Positions 18,899 to 30,507 of a stretch of 47,526 nucleotides of DNA are shown piece by piece (within the stretch, counting starts at the first letter, position 1; every line of letters begins with the position of its first letter). The stretch is from Chloroflexota bacterium (GTDB lineage: Bacteria; Chloroflexota; UBA4733). The notes under the pieces are model-generated. The model saw nothing but the letters and a program-made list of their open reading frames with translations, searched no databases and was not told the origin of the DNA. The translations under genes and the position numbers were made by a program. The DNA lies in contig JAMCRV010000087.1 of assembly GCA_023381555.1 (NCBI GenBank), positions 1 through 47,526 of the forward strand, written 5' to 3'.

Positions 18899-19114
18899 GT
18901 GGGTGTGAGTGCGAACACCGTTGTCAAGCCGTGGCAAAAGCCAAAGCGCTTCCCCTTCGGCAGCTCTACCGCACGTCCCTCGCCAGGGAAGAAGCGCCAA
19001 GCTCACGACAAGTGGCACGTGGGAGATCCTCTGCCAAAGCGAAGCCGGGCTGCTCGTCAGGCTCAGCATCGCCGTGCGATTGCCCGCACCGCACAAGCCC
19101 ACGCTAACCAGTAA
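18899..19114 (+). CDS. 71-aa basic hypothetical protein
   Basis: GAGGAG ribosome-binding site 9 nt before a GTG start, an upstream promoter, and it fills an otherwise empty intergenic gap. K/R/P-rich. Confidence 0.5.
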   Translation: MGVSANTVVKPWQKPKRFPFGSSTARPSPGKKRQAHDKWHVGDPLPKRSRAARQAQHRRAIARTAQAHANQ

Positions 19115-19130
19115 GAGCGCCTGCCCCCCT

Positions 19131-20219
19131 TCACGAGATGACCGCTTCCAGCGCGTTTTCTCGAGTCGCTTGGACGAGTTCACGAGCGATGCGGCGGCCG
19201 ACGCTCATTTCCTCACCAAAGAGGTAGCGCGTGTAGGGTGATGTCGTCAACAGAATCGGCGCGCCAGGCACTCTCAGGCTCACATCGAAGCAGATGAACT
19301 CGCCTTGGTCGTCAAACACGCCTTGAAGCGCGAACGGACCAATAATTCCTGGAGGCAACAGCCGCTGACACGCCGCAGCGAGCTTGTCACCAAGTCCAAT
19401 GACGTGATCGAGGAGTGACTCTCGCACTGTGACGCCGCGGTGCCCCACAGGGATGAGCGTCGGCTGCACAGACACCGCCGCCTGCTGCGAAGCAGTCATA
19501 TGCAACAATCCTTCGATGTTCGACTCGATGCGCTGATCGGCCCCCAGAAACTCGCTGCGCTGACTAAGCGGCGACCAGAAATAATCCAAGTTGAACTGCG
19601 CTCCGATCACGAACTCCTCAATAGTTGCCAACTTGAGGTCATCCTCTCGAATCAGTCCTTGGTCTAGGAGATTCCGGCTCACCGCCTCGTAGTCTTGCGT
19701 GCTCCTGGCGGTGAAGAAGCCGCGCTCAACGGTGCGCACCGCCTGGGGCAGTTTGACCATCACGAGGCGATCGATTGCTGATGGCGTTGTAAAGTGGCGA
19801 GGTCTGCGAATATCCGCCTCTTCGAGGAGATCGTACTGGTTCGGCGACGCAGTACGCTCTTCGGCGCGGAGAAGTCTCCGGCCGCCAAACAGCGGCACCG
19901 GGAAGCGCTGCTCAATGGCATCACAGCCCACGTACACCGCGAAGGAGCGATTTGGAACAAAGATCGTGTTGAATGCGCGGAGACGCCCGATAGCTGCGTG
20001 GCCCACGACGTCAGCGAAACGCGGCAGCACAAGCACCTCATCGAATAGGTGCCGGTACTGCCCGACGTAGGGCCCCTCGCGCCCAGCCTGGCAGACCACG
20101 AGTGTCCGGACTCCCTCCTGATGCGCACCGTAGGCCACTTCGAGAGCCGAATGGCTACCAATGCAGCCAATCGTTAGATGCTCAACGTCATACCCCTCGA
20201 GCAGTGCCCGTCTCTCCAC
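19131..20219 (-). CDS. purP: PurP-like ATP-grasp protein (5-formaminoimidazole-4-carboxamide ribonucleotide synthetase family, DUF1246+DUF1297)
   Basis: GSHSALE...GA..EG..T, FVPNRSF..YVG, ERGFF, EEFVIG, D.RIESN..G, GH...TVRESLL, PPGIIGPFALQ, FDVS.RVPG. GTG start after GGAGGAG. Confidence 0.85.
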   Translation of the reverse strand: MERRALLEGYDVEHLTIGCIGSHSALEVAYGAHQEGVRTLVVCQAGREGPYVGQYRHLFDEVLVLPRFADVVGHAAIGRLRAFNTIFVPNRSFAVYVGCDAIEQRFPVPLFGGRRLLRAEERTASPNQYDLLEEADIRRPRHFTTPSAIDRLVMVKLPQAVRTVERGFFTARSTQDYEAVSRNLLDQGLIREDDLKLATIEEFVIGAQFNLDYFWSPLSQRSEFLGADQRIESNIEGLLHMTASQQAAVSVQPTLIPVGHRGVTVRESLLDHVIGLGDKLAAACQRLLPPGIIGPFALQGVFDDQGEFICFDVSLRVPGAPILLTTSPYTRYLFGEEMSVGRRIARELVQATRENALEAVIS

Positions 20220-20423
20220 CGATGACTCCTCCCACACGCAACCCCCTCATCCTACCGCTCTGACAATCACCCGACCTCTTCTCTGCAGCGGCGCACAGGC
20301 ACTCTATCGTTCTCCGTGCTCCACGGGTATCTGGCAACATGAGATAGCACAACCACGAGGGGCCGGTTGGGGAGCGCGAAAGAGCTCCGGCCACAAGAGC
20401 CGGAGGAACCGCTGCTCATTGGG

Positions 20424-20452
20424 TTGAGCCCTTCGAGCAAATGTTCTACACT
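20424..20452 (+). promoter_or_regulatory. ruvB promoter (TTGAGC-17-TACACT) containing a LexA/SOS-like box CGAGC-AAAT-GTTCT (20434-20447)
   Basis: One mismatch to the Gram-positive/Chloroflexota GAAC-N4-GTTC box, lying in the promoter spacer upstream of a DNA repair gene. Confidence 0.55.
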
Positions 20453-20508
20453 AGACATGCTCGAGCTACAGGAAGAGATAAACGATCCTAGCGCCTGACT
20501 CGCGAGTC

Positions 20509-21516
20509 TTGACACCTTCGCCTCTCGATGATGACGCTCACGCTGAGGGCTCGCTCAGGCCGGCACGGTTTGAAGACTTCCCCGGGCAAGATGCCGTGAA
20601 GGAGCAGCTGCTCATCCAGCTTCACGCGGCACAGGCTAGAGGCGACTCGCTTGATCACATCTTGCTGTATGGACCACCAGGCCTTGGCAAGACGAGTCTG
20701 GCTCACGTTCTGGCTCACGAGATGGGTGTCTCCATCCGGGAAACATCTGGACCGGCAGTTGAGAAACAGGGAGACCTTGTGGGTCTTCTCAGTTCTCTCA
20801 AGGAACACGACATCTTCTTCATCGACGAGATCCACCGCCTGAACCCGGTGCTCGAGGAAGTTCTCTACCCAGCAATGGAAGACTTCGCTGTAGATGTTCT
20901 CGTCGGTCAAGGGCCAGGAGCGCGCGCCATACGAGTGCCTCTTCCAAAGGTAACCGTCATCGGTGCTACCACCCGCTTCGGCGCATTGACAGCGCCCTTC
21001 CGAGCGCGTTTCGGATCGACGCTGCGACTGGACTACTACGAAGCCGATGCTCTCTGCCTGATCCTCGAGCGTTCTGCTCGAGTGCTGCGCGTGGAGGCCA
21101 CGGATGAGGGGCTCGAGGAGATTGCGCTCCGTGCACGCGGCACTCCTCGCATCGCCAACCGTTTACTGCGTCGCATCCGTGACTTTGCGGCGGTGCGCGG
21201 CAGCGGTGTCATTGACAGGGCTAGTACAGAAGCAGCCCTCGACCTCCTTGGTGTCGATAAGCTTGGGCTTGACGCGATTGACAGAGAGCTTCTACGAACA
21301 CTTATCTTCAAGTTCGAGGGAAGGTCAGTAGGGCGCGATACGCTTGCCGCGGCAATGAGCGAAGCGCCGGAGACTGTCGAAGACGTGTATGAGCCCTATC
21401 TCCTTCAAATGGGCTTCCTGGAGCTCTCACCGCGAGGCCGTCGAGCCACACCCCAGGCTTATCGACTTCTGGGACTTGAGCCACCCGTTCCGCGCGAACA
21501 GCCGCGACTCATTTAG
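20509..21516 (+). CDS. ruvB: Holliday junction branch migration helicase RuvB
   Basis: [60 protein letters not shown]. Confidence 0.97.
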   Translation: MTPSPLDDDAHAEGSLRPARFEDFPGQDAVKEQLLIQLHAAQARGDSLDHILLYGPPGLGKTSLAHVLAHEMGVSIRETSGPAVEKQGDLVGLLSSLKEHDIFFIDEIHRLNPVLEEVLYPAMEDFAVDVLVGQGPGARAIRVPLPKVTVIGATTRFGALTAPFRARFGSTLRLDYYEADALCLILERSARVLRVEATDEGLEEIALRARGTPRIANRLLRRIRDFAAVRGSGVIDRASTEAALDLLGVDKLGLDAIDRELLRTLIFKFEGRSVGRDTLAAAMSEAPETVEDVYEPYLLQMGFLELSPRGRRATPQAYRLLGLEPPVPREQPRLI

Positions 21517-21599
21517 CATCCGTGGGGCAAACAGCCTTGATTTTTTCGACTTCTCGGGTATCATCCCTCTTTCCCTAAACGTGAACGGGGAGCCAACAA

Positions 21600-22514
21600 G
21601 TGAAACACAGCATTCTTGGTGTTCGTGATCTCGAAGTCAATGAGGTGGATCTTCTCTTCGACGTCACCGCATCGCTCAAGCGTCACCGTGCTCCTGCCGA
21701 GGATCGCTCGCTCTTCGGCAAGACTGTGGCCCTACTCTTTCAACACCCCTCTCTTCGCACCAGAGCATCGTTCGATATCGCCGTACACGAGCTCGGAGGG
21801 CATCCTCTGTACTTCGGGAACGATGAAGTGAGGATGGGCAGTCGGGAGGCCCCCGAAGACGTGGCGCGTGTCTTGGCACGCTACGCTCACGCAGTGGTAG
21901 CACGCCTCCGGAATCACACGGAGCTACAGCGATTTAGTGACGCCTCGACTGTCCCTGTTATCAACGCCTTGACGGACAGGGAACATCCTTGCCAGGCCCT
22001 TGCCGATCTCTTCACTCTGCAAGAGGCCCGAGGGACCTTGCAAGGGGCCCATCTTGCCTACGTAGGCGATGCTGACAACAACGTTGCCACCTCGCTTCTG
22101 CTTCTGGCTCCGCTGCTCGGGGTGAGAATGACGATGATCGCTCCGCGTCAGCATCAGCCCCAACCCGGTGTCGTTGTCCAGGCACGTCAAGGTGCACTCG
22201 CTCCAGTCGATGTCGTTGACAGTCTGGGCGACGCCGAGCTGTCCTCAGTCGATGCGCTCTATACCGACGTTTGGGTAAGCATGGGGCAAGAAAACGAAGC
22301 GCGGGCTCGTCAGGTCGCCCTCGCTCCTTTTCAAATCAATGACGAGCTTCTCCGCCGGTGTCGACCGCAGTGTATCGTGCTGCACTGCCTGCCAGCGAAG
22401 CGCGGTCAAGAGATCACGGACAATGTCCTCGACGGACCGCAATCGCGTGTGTTCGACCAGGCGGAGAACAGACTGCACGTGCAAAAGGCACTCCTCAAGA
22501 TGCTCGTCTCATAA
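21600..22514 (+). CDS. argF: Ornithine carbamoyltransferase
   Basis: PSLRT, HPCQALAD, YTDVWVSMG, HCLP, QAENRLH. Adjacent to argH. Confidence 0.93.
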   Translation: MKHSILGVRDLEVNEVDLLFDVTASLKRHRAPAEDRSLFGKTVALLFQHPSLRTRASFDIAVHELGGHPLYFGNDEVRMGSREAPEDVARVLARYAHAVVARLRNHTELQRFSDASTVPVINALTDREHPCQALADLFTLQEARGTLQGAHLAYVGDADNNVATSLLLLAPLLGVRMTMIAPRQHQPQPGVVVQARQGALAPVDVVDSLGDAELSSVDALYTDVWVSMGQENEARARQVALAPFQINDELLRRCRPQCIVLHCLPAKRGQEITDNVLDGPQSRVFDQAENRLHVQKALLKMLVS

Positions 22515-22525
22515 GACACAGAACG

Positions 22526-23944
<1,419 letters not shown>

Positions 23945-23993
23945 CGCCACACCACAGGACCGGCGTCTTCCTGTAAATTCAGAGAGCTTCTCC

Positions 23994-25892
23994 TCAGCCA
24001 CCCTGCACAGTAACCGCTCCCAGGCTTACAGTCGTGCCAACAGGCTCTCCACTGGCAGCGAGTACCGTCAACCTCTGAACAGTGGCTGAAGTGTAGAGTC
24101 CGAGGACAACCGGGTACCGCCCCGGAGGCGTGGCTGGTGGAATCGGCACCCGGAAGCTGTCCAGCATCTCATCTCCAGTGCGCCAGGCCGTCGTAGGCAC
24201 AGCGTCCTTCAGCGGCGGTCGATCCCTCTGGGCGTAGAGCTTGCCGTCGCGCTCCAGATGCACAAAGGCTGTCAGGACTTCCGAGGGATGCTGCACGACG
24301 CGCCAGCACACAGTGACTGTCAGCGTTTGCCCTGCGTGCACTGATGGCGAGCTGAGTGTGTAAGCGAGCGCTTGAATCTGACCATCGAACGTCTGTTGCG
24401 GAAGACGTACCGCATCTTTGAGAAAGCCGGACGGAGTCTCGAACACCCGAAAGTCTATGCCAGCCAGCCGTTGCGTCGGTTCCTGAATCGTGTACGTCTT
24501 GAGCCACCGCTCCGCCTGGTGCTTGGGATCCCACGAATTCTGGCCGAGCGTCCAGAACCATATACGGCTGTAGCGCTGGGCGATTGGCTGGAAAGCGGCA
24601 TCAAGCTGAGCGGCAGAAATAGGCTCGAACGCTGGCTCGAGCGTGACACGCAAAGGTCCTTGTAACTGCTCCTCATAGTCCCACTTCAACGTGGGATCCG
24701 GATAGTTCGTCACGATGACATCATCTGGCCCGGCGCGAATGAGAAGCTGCTGGGCGGCTGAAGCGAACTGGGCATTCTTGTCACTCCGCGCATAGACGGT
24801 GAGCGATCTCGCTGCAACGACGGTTGCAGCGCACACAACGACGGGGCCCATCAACATTCGTACACGAGGCTGCGCACCTAATGCAGTCCAGCAGAGTAAC
24901 AGCGGACAGACGATCACGGCTGTATATGGGGCTTGAAACCCAGGGCGTAGCAGTTCGAGTACCAGGAGCAGCGCGATCGGGGCCATCAGCGCTCCACCAA
25001 CAGCAAGGAAGACGTCTCGATTCCGGAGGGCAAGGCAGGCAGCTCCTCCAACGGAACACCCCACCGCACCCAGTCCCACTGCAAGCTGCCAGTGTGCCGG
25101 TAGCGTCAGCCCACCGGCGGCGGTGGCTCCGAGCTCGAGCAAGAGTGTGGCAGGAGTCAGCGAAGGGAAGGGAAAGTGCGCCTGGAGAGCTGGCCAGCCG
25201 TGAACGACGAAGGGAATGCCCACGACAAGAGCCACAGCGGTGAGGACCAAGAAACCCGCCAGCGCCCGGCGGCGCGTACCGGCATTGGTGACAACGACTG
25301 CAAGCAACCCTGCAGCAGCACCGGCCACGACGGCCAGACCATAGAAGTGGCTGAGAACCGTGAGAACGCCGGCGCAGCCGAGCAGCACGAGTCCTCGCTT
25401 GGATCGGGATTCCGTCAGCACGAGCACCATTCCGGTCACAGTGAGCGCAGATGCCCCTTCCAGCTGCGCATACATGCGAGCGTCCTGCGCCTGCCAGACG
25501 AGCAGGGGGTTGACTGTAGCGAGAAGGGCGGCGAGAACTGCTGCAGAGCGCCCCCACACGCGCCCCGCCGCCACAGCCAGGGCCGGTATACAGAGCGCAG
25601 CAGGAAGGACTGACAGATAGCGAAGGTTGAAGCTGGATGGGCCGCCAAGATCGATCCACCAGTGAAGCAGAAAGTAATAGCCCGGAGGATGCGGCTCACT
25701 GGTGTGGAGTGAATGCCAGATGATGGCGAGCGACTGGTGAGCGAACACAGCCGCAAAGCTTTCATCCCCGCGCAGATTCTTGGCTCCAAGGGCAAAAGAT
25801 CGTATGCCAAAGCCAATGAGGGTCAGTGCGAGAATAAGCCAGAGGACTGCGCGGTTGGCCCTTTCCGGTGAGCTGTGGCGCTCAGCGTGCAC
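23994..25892 (-). CDS. GT-C (GT39/ArnT-like) membrane glycosyltransferase with C-terminal beta-domain
   Basis: LRGDE, EPHPPGYYFLLHWW, QDARMYA and multiple TMs. C-terminal AFVHL...AQRD.PP....PTTAWRTGDE...PPGRY...GLY. Confidence 0.8.
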   Translation of the reverse strand: MHAERHSSPERANRAVLWLILALTLIGFGIRSFALGAKNLRGDESFAAVFAHQSLAIIWHSLHTSEPHPPGYYFLLHWWIDLGGPSSFNLRYLSVLPAALCIPALAVAAGRVWGRSAAVLAALLATVNPLLVWQAQDARMYAQLEGASALTVTGMVLVLTESRSKRGLVLLGCAGVLTVLSHFYGLAVVAGAAAGLLAVVVTNAGTRRRALAGFLVLTAVALVVGIPFVVHGWPALQAHFPFPSLTPATLLLELGATAAGGLTLPAHWQLAVGLGAVGCSVGGAACLALRNRDVFLAVGGALMAPIALLLVLELLRPGFQAPYTAVIVCPLLLCWTALGAQPRVRMLMGPVVVCAATVVAARSLTVYARSDKNAQFASAAQQLLIRAGPDDVIVTNYPDPTLKWDYEEQLQGPLRVTLEPAFEPISAAQLDAAFQPIAQRYSRIWFWTLGQNSWDPKHQAERWLKTYTIQEPTQRLAGIDFRVFETPSGFLKDAVRLPQQTFDGQIQALAYTLSSPSVHAGQTLTVTVCWRVVQHPSEVLTAFVHLERDGKLYAQRDRPPLKDAVPTTAWRTGDEMLDSFRVPIPPATPPGRYPVVLGLYTSATVQRLTVLAASGEPVGTTVSLGAVTVQGG

Positions 25893-28152
25893 GTGTCACT
25901 CCACGGGCCGCTGCTACGAGCGCAGTGCCAGCACAAAGAACGAGCGCGGCAGCGGCAATCAACAACGCGATGTGGAAGTGTGGCGGAGCATACGTCAAGC
26001 TGACGAGATGTTCTCCAGCGCGTAACGGAACTCCCATGAAGACGTAGTCTGCGCGGTATAACAGCACCGCGTGACCATCGACCCTGGCACTCCAGCCTGG
26101 GACGAGTGGCTCGGAAATCACGAGGAAGGCATTGTCAGTCACCATCGCCCGGATCTCCAAGTGCTCAGGCCCCTTGCTGACCCAATCTTCGTGCTGATTT
26201 CGTGGCAGCTGAGGACCCGTGATGGAGAGTGGGATCGCCTGTTCGACGACAGCAGCTGCACCGGGGTGCTCCAAATGCTCCGTGAGACGTCTGGCTTCCG
26301 CCGGATTCGCAGCGACGATGAGCTGCCGCACGGCGTAGGCCATGGGCAGAGGGTAGTCCATGCGAAAGAGCTTGAAAGAGCCGTCTCGTTGCACGAGCTC
26401 GAATCCGCGGCCGGGATCCTGCCGGGTCAGAACGTACCGGACACCAAAGAGCTGCCACACCTGGTAGCGATCCGTGAACCGAGCCAGTCTCGCCGCTCGG
26501 GTCACATACAGTGGGTCATTCCCTTCTGGAAACGAGAGGTCCGCGATTGCGCCATCGTTTGCAGGCAGCTCACCAAACCGGAGCTCGTCAACACGAAAAG
26601 GTCCTGTTTGCTCGTGGAGAAAGGCGACCGCTCGCCCGGGGAGCGGCTGGATTGGGTCTACACTTGTTCGACCCAGTGCGCCGTTCGCCCCGAGAAGGTT
26701 GAGGGTTGGAAGGGCAACCAGCAAAGTCACCGTCAGCCAGGGTCGCTGGTAGCCTCTCACGATGCAAAACCCCGCGGCAACGCTGCTTGCGAGCAGGAGC
26801 ACGAGGCCCCCCACACCGACCAGTCGCGGCGCCGTGGCGGCAAAGTCAGAGCCGGCAGGGGCGGTTGCCCGGAGAAGCAGGGCAGCTGCTACGACGAACA
26901 TCAGTGCAAGACCACCACTGACGAGGGCGGCAATCCTCTGGGAGGAGCGTTGATGACCGATCTCCCGGCGGCGAGCGTTCCAAAGGTCGGCCGCACCCGC
27001 CCCTGCGAGGGTCGAGAGGGCAATACTTGTGAGAAACGCTGCTCTCTCCTGGTCCTGAAACAGCGAGAACGGGGGGACGAGCTTGTAGAGCACGGGGTAG
27101 AGAGGACCGTGTCCACCAAGAGAAAGAATCATCGCCCCCAGGGCAAGGCCGGCCCACCACCACCGCGATCGCTTCCGCAAAGCGAAGATCGCGAGCAGTA
27201 AGGAGGGGATCCCGACGTAGAGACTGCGGACAAAGTAGCCCCCTGGCACCAGGACCTGCGTGAGATCCTGCCAGCGGAACCCGCTGGCAGCCTGCGCGTA
27301 GGGAAGTGCGACGCGGTTGGTGACGGGGAGATACGTCAGCGTGGAAAGCCATTGAGGCGTGCTTATGGCGAGCCCCATCAGTGCGAGGGCGCCGAACTGG
27401 AGAAGTGTGGGAACAACCGCGCGGCGCAGCTGCATCCAGCGAGCGCAGGCAAAGCAACCTGCACCGATGAGAGCATAGAGTGTCGTCTGCTCGTGGCCCG
27501 CAAAGACGAGACTGGCAGCTGCCAGCCCACCCAGCGCAGCCCACAACCAGGAGCGCTGACCCTTCGCCGGTTCCTCCAAGAGCATCTCACTACACAGCAG
27601 CACCGCCGGAAGCCAGATAGACGCCTCGAGCACAGGGAGCTGTAGCACTGGATAGCTCGTGAGATACCCACCAAGGCTGAACGTCACGGCGCCGACGATT
27701 CCCCCGAGAGTAGACCGCGTAAGCTGGCGGACCAGCAGAAGCATGAACAGTGCACCCAGAGCGACATCGAGCACAACCCGCCACTCCAGCGCGACAAAGG
27801 GTAGCCCTCCGTGCCCAGCGAGGAGGTTGATCAGCAGCCCGGTCGGAGAGAACACAGCTGTCTGAGGATCAGCAAGGTGCGGCTGACCACCAAAGATGTA
27901 CGGATCCCAGAGGGGAAGCTGCCCAGACACCAGGCGCGACGCGCCATAGTGCTGGAACGGATAGAACTGCCGTGTGAGGTCGCTCGCCACGAAAAAGGAA
28001 CGTTGCCAGGGACCCGGCAGAACGATAGGTGCATACACGACGAGAATCAAGAGCACGACCACGCTACAGGCGATGAGTAGGCTCATCCGGCCATCGGTGC
28101 GTTGGAGGCTCGCAGAAGCCGGCGCGTCAATCGTGCCGGTCGTGTGTATCAA
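25882..28152 (-). CDS. YfhO family GT-C membrane protein
   Basis: SDLTRQFYP, GQLPLWDPYIFGGQP..ADPQ..VFSP, GHEQ, LYVG, and C-terminal PGWSARVDG......ADY.FMGV....GEH.V..TY.P. Confidence 0.85.
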   Translation of the reverse strand: MIHTTGTIDAPASASLQRTDGRMSLLIACSVVVLLILVVYAPIVLPGPWQRSFFVASDLTRQFYPFQHYGASRLVSGQLPLWDPYIFGGQPHLADPQTAVFSPTGLLINLLAGHGGLPFVALEWRVVLDVALGALFMLLLVRQLTRSTLGGIVGAVTFSLGGYLTSYPVLQLPVLEASIWLPAVLLCSEMLLEEPAKGQRSWLWAALGGLAAASLVFAGHEQTTLYALIGAGCFACARWMQLRRAVVPTLLQFGALALMGLAISTPQWLSTLTYLPVTNRVALPYAQAASGFRWQDLTQVLVPGGYFVRSLYVGIPSLLLAIFALRKRSRWWWAGLALGAMILSLGGHGPLYPVLYKLVPPFSLFQDQERAAFLTSIALSTLAGAGAADLWNARRREIGHQRSSQRIAALVSGGLALMFVVAAALLLRATAPAGSDFAATAPRLVGVGGLVLLLASSVAAGFCIVRGYQRPWLTVTLLVALPTLNLLGANGALGRTSVDPIQPLPGRAVAFLHEQTGPFRVDELRFGELPANDGAIADLSFPEGNDPLYVTRAARLARFTDRYQVWQLFGVRYVLTRQDPGRGFELVQRDGSFKLFRMDYPLPMAYAVRQLIVAANPAEARRLTEHLEHPGAAAVVEQAIPLSITGPQLPRNQHEDWVSKGPEHLEIRAMVTDNAFLVISEPLVPGWSARVDGHAVLLYRADYVFMGVPLRAGEHLVSLTYAPPHFHIALLIAAAALVLCAGTALVAAARGVTRAR

Positions 28153-28394
28153 TCCAACAGTTCCACGTCTAGCGTCCGGGAACCGGCCCTCGCTCGCCCA
28201 ACTCCCCCACGCGTGCGAGTCAGTCGCTCTTCTTGTAGCGTATTGCTACTGCTCCTCCAACGGTTGCAGTTTCCCCGCAGCCTCCGCACACTGCCGTACT
28301 ATACGCCACATCAGATACCCATCGAAGCGAGCACACTCCAAGGCGACTGGCGCGACGCAGGAAGGCGCGGTAGGATTTGGGGGCTCCGCCGGCT

Positions 28395-28468
<74 letters not shown>

Positions 28469-28510
28469 CGTTATTCTTCGGGCGTTTGACCGCCATAAGG
28501 AGTGGTTCAA

Positions 28511-28849
28511 CTACTCGATGATCCGGGCGCAGCAGATGGTCGCCAGCTCGTTGGGGCGAAAAGCTGGGTGCTCGGCCTGGAGGTCGACGATGGCCTGGCG
28601 GAGCAGTGGCGCGAGCGTACGCCAGTCCTTACCTTGGCCGCCAGGGACATCAGCGAACAAGCTCACCATCCCCGGCCGATCGAAGCGCTCGGCCGGGGAG
28701 CGCCCGAAGAGCACCACCGGGCGGAACAGTTCGTAGGCGAGTTGCTCTAGCCAGTGCAGCAACAGACGGAGTTGCTGCCAATCCTCCGTCGGCTCGACCT
28801 GGGCGCGTTTGGATGGACGCATCTCGCTCTTCCCCACACCGCCGCCCAA
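28511..28849 (-). pseudogene. Degraded N-terminal fragment of a transposase/integrase
   Basis: YEL.RPVVLFGRSPAER..F...GM.SLF and RQAIVDL.AEHP.FRPNELA resemble the HTH N-terminus of DDE integrase-type transposases. It is short, lacks a catalytic domain and lies just 3' of a tRNA. Confidence 0.5.
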
Positions 28850-29322
28850 GCAGCAATCAGGGGTAGGCCGCTATCGTAGGTGGCTGCCACGCTCTCTGCA
28901 ACCATGGTATCAAGCGTCGTGTGACGAGCACTGGTCTGTCAACCGCACGAAGGGAGATCCAAGCCTCATTGACTAATCCCACCCGCACGCCATTGCATCC
29001 GCGCTTGGTGCGCTGCTGGACCGATGATCCCGGTGACCCCGGCCGTTTGCCCCTGAACCATCCGGACGTGCAGCGGCTTGGCGCCGCCATTGCCCCGGGT
29101 GCATGGCCCACCCCACAGTGCTGGGCGGCTAGCTGACAACCCTCCGCCAACTCCGGGAGGACGCCGTCCCCCCACCATTACGTCGTCGTTAAGCACGCTG
29201 GTTCTGCCCAAGATTGTCAACGGCAAGCCCACCGCCGACCATCCCTGGAAACGCGCCCTCACCAAAGCCGGCTAACGGCGATCCATGCAATAGTTTGCGG
29301 CGCACTCCTTAGGGCCACCTCG

Positions 29323-29352
29323 TTGACCTCGGTGACGATGCGTCCCTATACT
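29323..29352 (+). promoter_or_regulatory. sigma70 promoter of tRNA-Thr (TTGACC-18-TATACT)
   Basis: Good -35/-10 match ending 19 bp before the tRNA. Confidence 0.6.
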
Positions 29353-29371
29353 GAATACTGAACTGCGACGC

Positions 29372-29443
29372 GCCGACGTAGCTCAACGGTAGAGCGGCGG
29401 TTTTGTAAACCGCGGGTTATGGGTTCGAATCCCTTCGTCGGCT
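29372..29443 (+). tRNA. tRNA-Thr (anticodon UGU)
   Basis: Acceptor GCCGACG/CGTCGGC, anticodon arm GCGGT-TTTGTAA-ACCGC, GGTTCGAATCC. CCA not encoded. Confidence 0.95.
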
Positions 29444-29845
29444 CAACAGGAAGCAATCTATGTAGGCTGGCTCCCGTGATCGCACGAGGGTGTCTCAGCA
29501 TCTCGATGGTGTGCGCAGCTCTCCCCACTGGACGGCGTTGTTGGGCGCCCTATGCACGTGGTGGACGGTGCGCGAGGAGAGGCTGGTAGCGAGCACGGGC
29601 ATTGGGAGCTTGCAGCATGGAATGAGCAATCCGATAGCAAACCTAGTGATGACTCGCCGCGAATCCATCTGTCACGCTCAAAGCACCGAATGTCGCTTTC
29701 TTGCTTGCCGAAACAGCGTTCACGGGGCGTATACTGGATGAACAGGCTGCGCTAGCGGTGCACGTGCCTCATGACGTCGCTCAGGAAAGCGGCTCGCACG
29801 CCGGCATGCGCCAAGTTCCGCACCTGCTCAGAAAGGTAGTAGGCC

Positions 29846-30484
29846 ATGTCCACAGTCCCTGAGTCTTCCCCTGTTCAGGAAGTCGAGAAGGAGCCAATGC
29901 TCTTGCTCGACGTAACTGGGTCGATGAACTATGGCACGTCGGCGAATGATCTGACACCGCGGAAAGACACGATCAAGGAAGCCATTGGCATTATTGTCGC
30001 TACATTGGCAAAGGAGGACAGCCAGGCTGAACACGAAGAAGGTGGCGGTGGCCTGCGCACGGTAATTTTTGCCGGCGGCCAGGCGGAAGATATCGGTGAT
30101 CTGAACCCCGACAACCTCGAAGACCGCTGGCGAAGTATACGTTGGGCCGGGGGCACGCGCATCATTCCGGGGTGGAACAAACTCATTCAGTGCTATACGG
30201 ACGAGTTCGGGCAGACGCTTCCAGCTGAGCGCCCGCTCTTGATGGCACTGGTGATCACCGATGGCGAGGCCGACGACAGCGACGCGTTTGCGCAAGCGCT
30301 CGCGAAGGCAGCAGGCGGCGTCTACGTCACCCTCGCGATCATTGGCTATGGGCCAGAACACGACGCCGCGCTGCGCTCGTGTCAGCAGATTGCGGCGAAG
30401 AACGCGCACGTGAAGGTCTTATCCTTCGGTTCCGAGACTGATCCCCAGGTCATTGCTCGCGCTCTGTTGAAAATGATCGAGTAG
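29846..30484 (+). CDS. Stand-alone VWA domain protein
   Basis: MIDAS-like LLLDVTGSM, GGT and LVITDGE with an alpha/beta pattern. Confidence 0.8.
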   Translation: MSTVPESSPVQEVEKEPMLLLDVTGSMNYGTSANDLTPRKDTIKEAIGIIVATLAKEDSQAEHEEGGGGLRTVIFAGGQAEDIGDLNPDNLEDRWRSIRWAGGTRIIPGWNKLIQCYTDEFGQTLPAERPLLMALVITDGEADDSDAFAQALAKAAGGVYVTLAIIGYGPEHDAALRSCQQIAAKNAHVKVLSFGSETDPQVIARALLKMIE

Positions 30485-30507
30485 CAGCCAGTTTCAGGAT
30501 CGACAGC

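Noticed and set aside
21600-22514. SLRT instead of STRT, suggesting an acetyl/succinyl-ornithine transcarbamylase
   Set aside because: The ornithine-binding DxxxSMG and HCLP motifs are intact and argH is adjacent, which fits an ordinary OTCase.
22358-22525. N-terminal extensions in the ORF track for argH (also csoR, nth, tnpB, anmK)
   Set aside because: The extensions overlap neighbouring genes, promoters or IS ends. Homology and RBS evidence begin at downstream starts.
26071-27201. Long antisense/alternate-frame ORFs (e.g. 376 aa at 26071-27201, 292 aa at 24781-25659, 229 aa at 46753-47442)
   Set aside because: These are shadow ORFs overlapping well-supported genes in GC-rich DNA, with no motifs.
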